Below are positions 49,021 to 56,855 of a stretch of 64,000 nucleotides of DNA, in pieces. Location of the stretch: the NCBI GenBank assembly GCA_017389705.1, contig JAFPEE010000225.1, forward strand, positions 5,296 through 69,295, read 5' to 3'. Numbering within the stretch: the first letter of the stretch is position 1; each line of letters starts with the position of its first letter. The notes beneath the pieces were generated by a model. It ran no database searches. It worked only from the letters and a program-made list of their open reading frames with translations, and had not been told where the DNA came from. The stretch is from Prevotella sp. (lineage in GTDB: Bacteria > Bacteroidota > Bacteroidia > Bacteroidales > Bacteroidaceae). The position numbers and the translations under genes are program-made.

Positions 49021-49856
49021 CACTGGTTCTTCTACAGACATGGCAGCTGTGTGTCGGTACTCAGGTGAACATCTGGGAGGGAACGGCATGTCGCCACAAG
49101 GTGAAGATGACTCCCTACATAGTAGAGGGACAAAACAATATGGCCGTCATCGTATGTCCTGGGGGGAGCTACTTCTGGCACGACAGCCATGCGGAGGGTC
49201 CCGAGGTTGCTCAGTGGCTTAACAGGAACGGCATCTCGGCTTTTGTGCTGAACTATAGGACGGCTTACATCCCTGCCTATGCCACGCACTTCCGACTATT
49301 GTTCCGCGGCAACCGCTATCCTGACCCTCAAGACGACTTGCGACAGACCATCAGGTACGTCAGGCAACATGCTGCTGACTATGGCATTGATTCCACCAAG
49401 GTAGGCGCGATGGGCTTCTCGGCAGGTGGCCATCTGGTCATGTCGGCGGCAGAGCTGTATGATGTGGCAGATCGTCCCGCCTTTGTGGGAGCTGTCTACC
49501 CTGTCGTCACGATGTCGGCTCCTTATGTCCATAAACGCTCACGCAGAGGATTGCTGGGCGACTCCAGGACCAGCAACAAACAGCTCAGGGACTTGCTGTC
49601 GTTAGAGCGACACGTACCCAGGGACTGCCCGCCGGTATTTCTGGTAAACTGTAAGGACGACCCCGTTGTGGACTACAGGAACAGCCTTCTGCTGGACTCT
49701 GCCTTGCAGGCCAATAACGTAGACCATAAATACCTGTTCTACCAGACTGGAGGCCATGGCTTTGGTGCCAGCGAGACCAAAGGCTCTGCGGAGTGCCGTC
49801 AGTGGAAGGAGGAGTTTCTGAAGTGGGTGAGGGAAGTGTTAAGTGATAAACGATAA
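49002..49856 (+). CDS. Alpha/beta hydrolase (esterase)
   Basis: CPGGSY, GFSAGG, DDP.V and GHGFG. Confidence 0.88.
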   Translation: MRSKLLTLVLLQTWQLCVGTQVNIWEGTACRHKVKMTPYIVEGQNNMAVIVCPGGSYFWHDSHAEGPEVAQWLNRNGISAFVLNYRTAYIPAYATHFRLLFRGNRYPDPQDDLRQTIRYVRQHAADYGIDSTKVGAMGFSAGGHLVMSAAELYDVADRPAFVGAVYPVVTMSAPYVHKRSRRGLLGDSRTSNKQLRDLLSLERHVPRDCPPVFLVNCKDDPVVDYRNSLLLDSALQANNVDHKYLFYQTGGHGFGASETKGSAECRQWKEEFLKWVREVLSDKR

Positions 49857-49870
49857 ACGATGATTGAAAA

Positions 49871-52297
49871 ATGGTAACATTGGTACTTCGTATATTCGAC
49901 ATGATGCGCAGGCGCAGGCTTCTTCGGTCGCTATCGCTGCTGCTCTTCACCGCATTACTCCTGGTGCCGCTGACTATCCATATGGCTGGCGGTACCTTCT
50001 CTTCGTCAGAGGATATTACCGACTTCCTGCCTGCCGAGTCAGCAGACTATCGCGAGGCAATGGAGGCTTGGAAGAAGTCGCCAGAGACCAGCAGGATTGT
50101 CGTCCTGTTCAGCCAGAAAGCTAATAGCGCTCGCAACGCCACACTCTCAAAGAGAGAAAAGCTCCCCCAGGCCATCGACCGCTTCACCAGTCTCCTTGAG
50201 GAACGTGACACGACAAGAATGGTACACGACTTGATAAGTCAGGTCGATATGGAGCAGATGGCCAGACAGATGTACCAGCGTGTGCCTTTACTCCTGACTG
50301 ATTCCGACTATGCCCGTGCCGACAGTCTGCTCAGCGACAGCAGCTACATCTTGCGTCAGCTGAGGGCCGACAAGCAAATGTTGCTGTTGCCCATGTCAGG
50401 AATGCTGACACAAAGCCTGCAGTATGATCCGCTGAACCTCTTCACCCCTGCTCTGCAGCGGCTGCAGGGCCAACAGAGCGCTCTGGTTATGCTGACTTCG
50501 CCCTACGGTAGCAGTGAGACGGGACAGAACGGCAAGCTGACAGATCTGCTGAACGATTGCATACAGCAGGTACAAAGAGATATTCCTGAAGTCAGCATCC
50601 ACTTGACGGGTGCTCCTGTCATCGCTGTCGGCAATGCCCGTCAAATCAAGGCCGACAGTTTGCTGGCCGTATCGCTGGCTGTCGTACTTATAGTCTGCCT
50701 GCTCTTCGTGACCTTTCGCCAGGTGCGTAACATCGTTCTTATTGTGCTGTCGATAGGTTGGGGTTGGCTCTTTGCCGTCGGAACTATGCTACTCATCAAC
50801 ACACAGGTGTCTGTGATAGTAATAGGTATATCGTCTGTCATCCTGGGCATTGCTGTCAACTATCCGCTACATCTGACAGCTCATCTGCGCCACACCACCG
50901 ATGTCCGTCAGGCCTTGAAGGAGATAGTGATGCCCCTGTTGGTGGGTAACGTGACAACGGTAGGTGCCTTTCTGGCCCTCGTTCCGCTGGATGCTGTTGC
51001 CCTGCGTCATCTGGGGCTGTTCAGCTCACTGCTACTCGTAGGTACTATTCTGTTTGTACTCTTATGGCTTCCTCACATGGTGAAACCTGCCGCCGCACCA
51101 CCTGCCTCAGTTCGGTGGCTGGAGCGCGTGAGCAGTCTGACGCTGGAGAACAAGCGCTGGTTGGTTGGCGTGGTGACGGTGCTGACCATTGTGCTAGGCT
51201 ACTATAGTTTGCAGACAGGCTTCGATGCTGACCTCAACCACATTAACTACATGACTTCTGAGCAAAAGCTAATAGCCAACAGCCAACAGCCAACAGCTAA
51301 CAGCCAACAGCTAACAGCCATCTGGAACTCCTTCGTTTCTCGTCATGGTGCCTACCTCCAGTCGGCAGTCACGGAGGCTGCCCGTGCTGAGGGCTTTGCC
51401 GACCATACCTTCGACGGTTTTTTCTCACTGCTTACACCGCTGGCTCCCAAGGCGCCTCCGCTCTCCACGCTGGTCACCCATCTGTCTGCTGACTTCAACT
51501 ACATAGGCTGGGCTTGCGGGCTCATCGTATTCTTCTTCCTATGGTTTTCGCTGGGGAGCATTGAGTTAGCCCTGCTCTCCTTCCTGCCCATGGCCGTCAG
51601 CTGGATATGGATTCTGGGTATCATGGTGCTGTGTGGTATTCAGTTCAATGTCGTCAACATCATTCTGGCTACTTTTATCTTTGGACAGGGTGACGATTAT
51701 ACTATCTTTATGACCGAAGGTTGTCAGTATGAGTATGCCTATAGGCGCAAGATGCTGGCGTCTTATAAACACAGCATCATCATCTCGGCACTGATTATGT
51801 TCATTGGTATAGGCACGCTCATCTTTGCCAAGCATCCTGCCCTGCATTCGTTGGCTGAGGTCACCATGGTGGGCATGTTCTCCGTAGTCCTGATGGCCTG
51901 GCTCTTTCCGCCACTCATCTTTCGATGGCTGGTATGTGACAGACAGGGCTATCGACGACAGCCTATAACGCTGCGTACCCTACTTCTGCGTCTGTTGCCA
52001 TGGGTCCATGCTACGGAAGACCCCTTCCGTTTGGTGGCAGACCGCTACCGCTATCGGGGGGTCGAGATTTCATCGGCTGTGAATCGAAGACTGCGTCAAC
52101 TGCGTCATACGCAGCTTGCTCTCACTGCTCAACTGACGGATGAGGGTTGGGGGGAGACAGCCCTTTTAATGGCATTGCAATATCCTGATACCATCTTTAC
52201 CGCCTCTATTGCAGACCCTGACCGTCTGCTGATGGCACGATATGCCGCTGAGGGCTTGGCCCCCAACCTTACCTTTATTCCTAAAGAAAACTCTTAA
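49871..52297 (+). CDS. MMPL/RND-family exporter (shortened)
   Basis: Two TM bundles with GIAVNY and FGQGDDY; large periplasmic loop. Confidence 0.85.
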   Translation: MVTLVLRIFDMMRRRRLLRSLSLLLFTALLLVPLTIHMAGGTFSSSEDITDFLPAESADYREAMEAWKKSPETSRIVVLFSQKANSARNATLSKREKLPQAIDRFTSLLEERDTTRMVHDLISQVDMEQMARQMYQRVPLLLTDSDYARADSLLSDSSYILRQLRADKQMLLLPMSGMLTQSLQYDPLNLFTPALQRLQGQQSALVMLTSPYGSSETGQNGKLTDLLNDCIQQVQRDIPEVSIHLTGAPVIAVGNARQIKADSLLAVSLAVVLIVCLLFVTFRQVRNIVLIVLSIGWGWLFAVGTMLLINTQVSVIVIGISSVILGIAVNYPLHLTAHLRHTTDVRQALKEIVMPLLVGNVTTVGAFLALVPLDAVALRHLGLFSSLLLVGTILFVLLWLPHMVKPAAAPPASVRWLERVSSLTLENKRWLVGVVTVLTIVLGYYSLQTGFDADLNHINYMTSEQKLIANSQQPTANSQQLTAIWNSFVSRHGAYLQSAVTEAARAEGFADHTFDGFFSLLTPLAPKAPPLSTLVTHLSADFNYIGWACGLIVFFFLWFSLGSIELALLSFLPMAVSWIWILGIMVLCGIQFNVVNIILATFIFGQGDDYTIFMTEGCQYEYAYRRKMLASYKHSIIISALIMFIGIGTLIFAKHPALHSLAEVTMVGMFSVVLMAWLFPPLIFRWLVCDRQGYRRQPITLRTLLLRLLPWVHATEDPFRLVADRYRYRGVEISSAVNRRLRQLRHTQLALTAQLTDEGWGETALLMALQYPDTIFTASIADPDRLLMARYAAEGLAPNLTFIPKENS
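50130..50158 (+). repeat. 29-bp intragenic stem-loop element, copy 5
   Basis: ctcgcaacgccacactctcaaagagagaa, preceded by agaaagctaatagcg (identical to 43999-44013). Confidence 0.9.
51264..51319 (+). repeat. Eight heptamer units AACAGC(T/C) inside the MMPL gene
   Basis: AAAAGCT AATAGCC AACAGCC AACAGCC AACAGCT AACAGCC AACAGCT AACAGCC. Confidence 0.95.
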
Positions 52298-52308
52298 CAA
52301 TCGATAGA

Positions 52309-52542
52309 ATGACAATGAAAGAGAAAATAAGAATCCTATTAGAAGATGCCCTGCCGTTGGTGGACTTCGACGCTGACTTCCTGTTTGCCGAGCTTGACTC
52401 GCTGGGCGTTACCACCATATTGATGTTACTGTCTGATGAGTTTGGCATCAGGCTCGAGGCCTCTGATGCGACACCTAAAAACCTCAAGACCATCGACAGC
52501 ATTGCGCAAATGGTTGAACGTAAACTCGCAGAGCTGAAGTAG
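52309..52542 (+). CDS. Acyl carrier protein
   Basis: ELDSLG motif; 77 aa, acidic. Confidence 0.85.
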   Translation: MTMKEKIRILLEDALPLVDFDADFLFAELDSLGVTTILMLLSDEFGIRLEASDATPKNLKTIDSIAQMVERKLAELK

Positions 52543-52545
52543 TGT

Positions 52546-53883
52546 ATGATGCTGGAAAACTATTTGGCTATACATGCTAAGTGCCGGCCGCAGAAGACGG
52601 CCATCGTCTGTGGCGAGGAGCAGTGTACATACCGTCAGTTGTACGAGCGGGTAACAGCATGTGTCGAGGAGCTGAGGGACAGATACCCGAAGGGGGGTAT
52701 CGTCTGCTTGCATGCCCTACCTGCCATTGACTATCTGGTCAACTACTTTGCACTCCACCTTTTAGGTTGCGTCGTGGCTCCGCTGGAGAAGGAGTTACCC
52801 GAGGCTGCCTTCCTGGCCATATCACGCCAAATGGCCTCCTGCCAAGCACCTCCTGGCACTGCCGACATTCTCTATACCACAGGCACTACTGGACAGTCTA
52901 AGGGGGTCATCGTCAGTCACCGCGCCATTTTGGCCGATGCAGAGAATCTCGTGGAGGGACTGGGTTTCAGCCCTGAGCTGGTGTTCGTTGTCAACGGGCC
53001 TCTCAATCACATCGGGAGCCTGTCTAAAATTTACCCTGTCATCTTGTTGGGCGCCACGCTCATCATGGTCGACGGACTGAAAGACCTGAACCGTTTTTAT
53101 GCCGCCTTCGACTATCCTGCCACCAGGATGGCCACCTTCCTGGTGCCTGCCAGCATACGCATCCTCATGCAACTCAGCGCAGATCGCCTGGCATCCTATG
53201 CTCAGAAGATTGACTTCATCGAGACGGGGGCCGCAGCTATCTCGCAGGCCGATATGCAACAGCTCTGCCGACTGCTACCCTATAGCAGGCTATACAATAC
53301 ATACGCCTCTACTGAGACTGGTATCATCTCCACCTACAATTTCAATGATGGCCAGTGTCTGGCAGGCTGCCTGGGTAAGCCCATGCGCCACTCTGAGGTT
53401 GTCATCACTCCCCAGGGCTTCATAGCCTGTAAAGGCGACACCCTGATGAGTGGCTATCTGGGCGATGAGGAGCGTACCGCACAGGTATTGAGGGATGGCT
53501 TGCTCTATACCTCCGACCTCGGCATGCTCGACAGTCAGGGACGACTGCACCTCAAAGGCCGTGAGGATGACGTCATCAATGTCGGGGGCTTCAAGGTAGC
53601 ACCTACAGAGGTCGAGGATGCTGCACTGGCTTCCCCTTTAGTGCAAGACTGTATCTGCATCGCTGTCGACCATAGGATTACCGGTAGTGCCCTCAAGCTG
53701 TTGGTAGTTGTCAAAGACGGACAGACGCTCGACAAGCGTGTTCTCGCGGCCCACTTGAAGACTAGGCTTGAGACCTACAAGATACCCCTGTTATACGAGC
53801 AGGTAGATACGATCCACCGCACCTTTAACGGTAAGATAGACCGCAAGTACTATCGTTCCGCCCCAGTCTCGTGTAAAGCCTGA
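52546..53883 (+). CDS. AMP-binding acyl-CoA/ACP ligase
   Basis: YTTGTTGQSKG, YASTE, TSDLG, GREDD and GK.D. Confidence 0.9.
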   Translation: MMLENYLAIHAKCRPQKTAIVCGEEQCTYRQLYERVTACVEELRDRYPKGGIVCLHALPAIDYLVNYFALHLLGCVVAPLEKELPEAAFLAISRQMASCQAPPGTADILYTTGTTGQSKGVIVSHRAILADAENLVEGLGFSPELVFVVNGPLNHIGSLSKIYPVILLGATLIMVDGLKDLNRFYAAFDYPATRMATFLVPASIRILMQLSADRLASYAQKIDFIETGAAAISQADMQQLCRLLPYSRLYNTYASTETGIISTYNFNDGQCLAGCLGKPMRHSEVVITPQGFIACKGDTLMSGYLGDEERTAQVLRDGLLYTSDLGMLDSQGRLHLKGREDDVINVGGFKVAPTEVEDAALASPLVQDCICIAVDHRITGSALKLLVVVKDGQTLDKRVLAAHLKTRLETYKIPLLYEQVDTIHRTFNGKIDRKYYRSAPVSCKA

Positions 53884-53898
53884 AGGGCTGATAAAACA

Positions 53899-53932
53899 AC
53901 AGTCCCTGCCATCGGGGATTGGCAGGGACTGT
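53899..53932. terminator. Hairpin between convergent genes (probable bidirectional terminator)
   Basis: 13-bp stem ACAGTCCCTGCCA / TGGCAGGGACTGT. Confidence 0.75.
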
Positions 53933-53952
53933 GATGTATGGTTGTATGACTG

Positions 53953-55308
53953 CTAATCCAACTCAGCCAAGTTCTTGGCAATCATCTCGTCGGTGACGGT
54001 ATAGTTCTGCAGGTCACCGTTGATGAACTGCTCGTACGATGGCATGTCGATGAGCCCGTGACCTGAGAGGCTGAAAAGGATGACCTTTTCCTCACCAGTC
54101 TCCTTGCATTTCTTTGCCTCGCGGATGGTGGCAGCAATGGCGTGACAGCTTTCAGGAGCCGGAATGATGCCTTCTGTGCGGGCAAAGAGCATGCCGCTCT
54201 CGAAAGTCTCAATCTGCGGAATGTCAACGCCGTGCATCAGACCGTCTTTCAGCAACTGGCTCACAATGACTCCAGCGCCATGATAGCGCAGACCTCCGGC
54301 ATGAATATTCGAGGGCTTGAAGTTGTGGCCAAGCGTATACATCGGTAGTAGCGGTGTGTAGCCGGCCTCGTCACCGAAGTCGTAGCGGAACTGACCGCGT
54401 GTCAGCTTAGGACAGCTGTTAGGCTCGGCAGCGATGAACGCTGTCTGCTTACCCTCCATAATGTTGTGACGCATGAAGGGGAAGGCCAGACCACCGAAGT
54501 TCGAGCCGCCACCGAAGCAGGCAATCACAACATCCGGATACTCGCCAGCCATTGCCATTTGTTTCTCAGCCTCCAGACCAATGATGGTCTGGTGTAGCGT
54601 CACGTGACTCAGCACCGAGCCTAGTGTGTATTTACAATTAGGTGTGGTGGTGGCCAGTTCTACAGCTTCCGAGATGGCTGTTCCCAGTGAACCAGGATGC
54701 GTGGGATCCTTGGTGATGATGTCCTTGCCGGCACGGGTCGACATGGAGGGTGAAGCTGTCACAGCAGCTCCGAAGGTACGCATCACCGTTGAGCGATAAG
54801 GTTTCTGCTGCATGGTGATCTTCACCTGATATACAGCAGCCTCCAGTCCGTATAGCTTAGCAGCGTAGCTCAGCGCCATGCCCCATTGGCCGGCACCCGT
54901 CTCTGTCGTCACGTTCGTCGTGCCTTCCTGCTTGGCGTAGTAACACTGCGGGATGGCCGAGTTGATCTTATGTGAACCCAGCGGGTTGATACTCTCATTC
55001 TTGAAGTAGATATGGGCAGGTGTGCCTAGTGCCTCCTCTAGAGCGTATGCACGCACCAGTGGGGTGGAGCGGTAGTAACGGTACTTGTCCAACACTTCTT
55101 CGGGAATGTCAATCCAGCGGTGTTCTTGATCCAATTCCTGTACGCAGCATTCACGCGGGAAGATATGTGCCAGATCGTCGACGCTCAGAGGCTGCTTTGT
55201 CTTCGGATGAATCGGAGGCATGGGTTTCGTCTTCATGTCGGCCTGTATGTTATACCACTGTGTAGGAATCTCACTCTCCTGAAGGATGAATTTCTTTTGT
55301 CTTGCCAT
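53953..55308 (-). CDS. TrpB2-like PLP enzyme (stand-alone tryptophan synthase beta)
   Basis: GSHK.N, TETGAGQWG, GGGSN, HAGGLRYHG and PAPES.HA. Confidence 0.92.
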   Translation of the reverse strand: MARQKKFILQESEIPTQWYNIQADMKTKPMPPIHPKTKQPLSVDDLAHIFPRECCVQELDQEHRWIDIPEEVLDKYRYYRSTPLVRAYALEEALGTPAHIYFKNESINPLGSHKINSAIPQCYYAKQEGTTNVTTETGAGQWGMALSYAAKLYGLEAAVYQVKITMQQKPYRSTVMRTFGAAVTASPSMSTRAGKDIITKDPTHPGSLGTAISEAVELATTTPNCKYTLGSVLSHVTLHQTIIGLEAEKQMAMAGEYPDVVIACFGGGSNFGGLAFPFMRHNIMEGKQTAFIAAEPNSCPKLTRGQFRYDFGDEAGYTPLLPMYTLGHNFKPSNIHAGGLRYHGAGVIVSQLLKDGLMHGVDIPQIETFESGMLFARTEGIIPAPESCHAIAATIREAKKCKETGEEKVILFSLSGHGLIDMPSYEQFINGDLQNYTVTDEMIAKNLAELD

Positions 55309-55340
55309 TATTTATATTTTTGGTGAATGATTACCGCCTG

Positions 55341-55431
55341 CAAAATTACGAAAAAGTAGGCAAAATGCAAAATATAAATATAAAAAACAGCAGAAAATGG
55401 CTGCTACTCCCACATAAAAATTGTACTTTTG
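55341..55431. promoter_or_regulatory. Divergent promoters for trpB2 and the symporter
   Basis: TAATTTTG on the minus strand (55341-55348); TACTTTTG on the plus strand (55424-55431). Confidence 0.65.
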
Positions 55432-55439
55432 CACCCGCA

Positions 55440-56855
55440 ATGATAATTATCGCAGTAGTATTGACGTATTTTGCCATATTGTATGCCATTAGTTGGTGGA
55501 CAGCACAGAGGTCTACTAACGACACCTTCTTTCGTGCTGGGCGTAAGTCGCCTTGGTATATGGTTGCTTTCGGAATGGTGGGCGCCTCTATTTCTGGAGT
55601 CACCTTTGTGTCGGTACCGGGAATGGTAATGAAGATGCAGATGACTTATCTACAGACGTGTATAGGCTTTATTCTAGGCTACCTGTCAATTGCTTTTGTA
55701 CTGCTGCCTTTGTATTACCGTTCTAACCTGACCTCTATCTATTCTTACCTCGGACAGCGCCTGGGCAGATGGTCGCACAAGACGGGCTCGTCGTTTTTCC
55801 TGCTGTCGAAAATGGTGGGAGCCTCGTTGCGTTTCTACGTGGTGTGTATCATTTTGCAGCGCTTTGTGTTTGCACTTATGGGTGTTCCTTTTGTGCTGAC
55901 GGTTATCGGATTGGTTGCACTGATTTGGCTTTATACGCGTCAGGGAGGCATCAAAACGCTGGTGTGGACGGACTCCCTGCAGACAGTTTGTCTTTTTACG
56001 GCTTTGTTGCTGATGATGTATCAGGTAATGACGGACTTGGGTATGACCGTCGGTGAGGCGGTGACGGCTGTCTGTCAGAGCGAGCTCTCGCGGGTCTTTG
56101 TGCTTGACGACTGGGTGAGCAAGCAGAACTTCTGGAAACAACTGCTGAGTGGAATATTCATAGCGATAGTAATGACGGGCTTGGATCAGGATATGATGCA
56201 GAAGAACTTGACTTGCAAGAACTTATGTGAGGCGCAGAAAGACATGTGTACCTATGGCTTTGCTTTTGTGCCGGCCAATTTGCTGTTTATGGCATTGGGC
56301 GTCTTGCTGGTTTTGTTAGCTCATCAGCAGGGTGGGGTGTTACCTGCAACCGGTGACGAGTTGTTGCCACAGTATGTAGAGCAGTCTGGCGTGCTGGTGA
56401 CAGCGCTGTTTACGTTAGGCATAGTGGCGGCTTCGTTTTCCAGCGCAGACTCGGCACTGACTTCCCTGACCACCATTTATTGTGTGGACATTCGGGAACA
56501 ACCTGATAATGAGCAGCTTCGGAAACGTACCCATGTGCTGATGTGTATAGTGTTTGTGCTTTTTATCCTACTTTTCAAGGCGGTAAACTCTACCAGTCTC
56601 ATTGACGCAGTTTATATCATTGTGAGCTATACATATGGGCCTTTGCTGGGATTGTTCGCCTACGGTCTGCTGACTAATCGGGGTGTTAATGACAGGCTGG
56701 TTCCCTATATCGCTTTGGCCTCGCCGTTGTTGTGCTACGCCATAGATTATTGGGTAGGGCTACAGACTGGTTATCGTTTCGGCTATGAGTTGTTGATGCT
56801 AAATGGTCTGCTGACTTTTATGGCTTTGTGGCTGACTGCTCGGTGTTCATCCTGA
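55440..56855 (+). CDS. Sodium:solute symporter (SSS family)
   Basis: FFRAGR.SPW, SGVTFVSVPG, VWTD.LQ, GLDQDMMQK and SSADS. Confidence 0.92.
   Translation: MIIIAVVLTYFAILYAISWWTAQRSTNDTFFRAGRKSPWYMVAFGMVGASISGVTFVSVPGMVMKMQMTYLQTCIGFILGYLSIAFVLLPLYYRSNLTSIYSYLGQRLGRWSHKTGSSFFLLSKMVGASLRFYVVCIILQRFVFALMGVPFVLTVIGLVALIWLYTRQGGIKTLVWTDSLQTVCLFTALLLMMYQVMTDLGMTVGEAVTAVCQSELSRVFVLDDWVSKQNFWKQLLSGIFIAIVMTGLDQDMMQKNLTCKNLCEAQKDMCTYGFAFVPANLLFMALGVLLVLLAHQQGGVLPATGDELLPQYVEQSGVLVTALFTLGIVAASFSSADSALTSLTTIYCVDIREQPDNEQLRKRTHVLMCIVFVLFILLFKAVNSTSLIDAVYIIVSYTYGPLLGLFAYGLLTNRGVNDRLVPYIALASPLLCYAIDYWVGLQTGYRFGYELLMLNGLLTFMALWLTARCSS

Noticed and set aside
33423-53932. PKS cluster as an ssrA-integrated genomic island
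   Set aside because: No integrase and no duplicated ssrA 3' end seen at the far boundary; composition looks host-like
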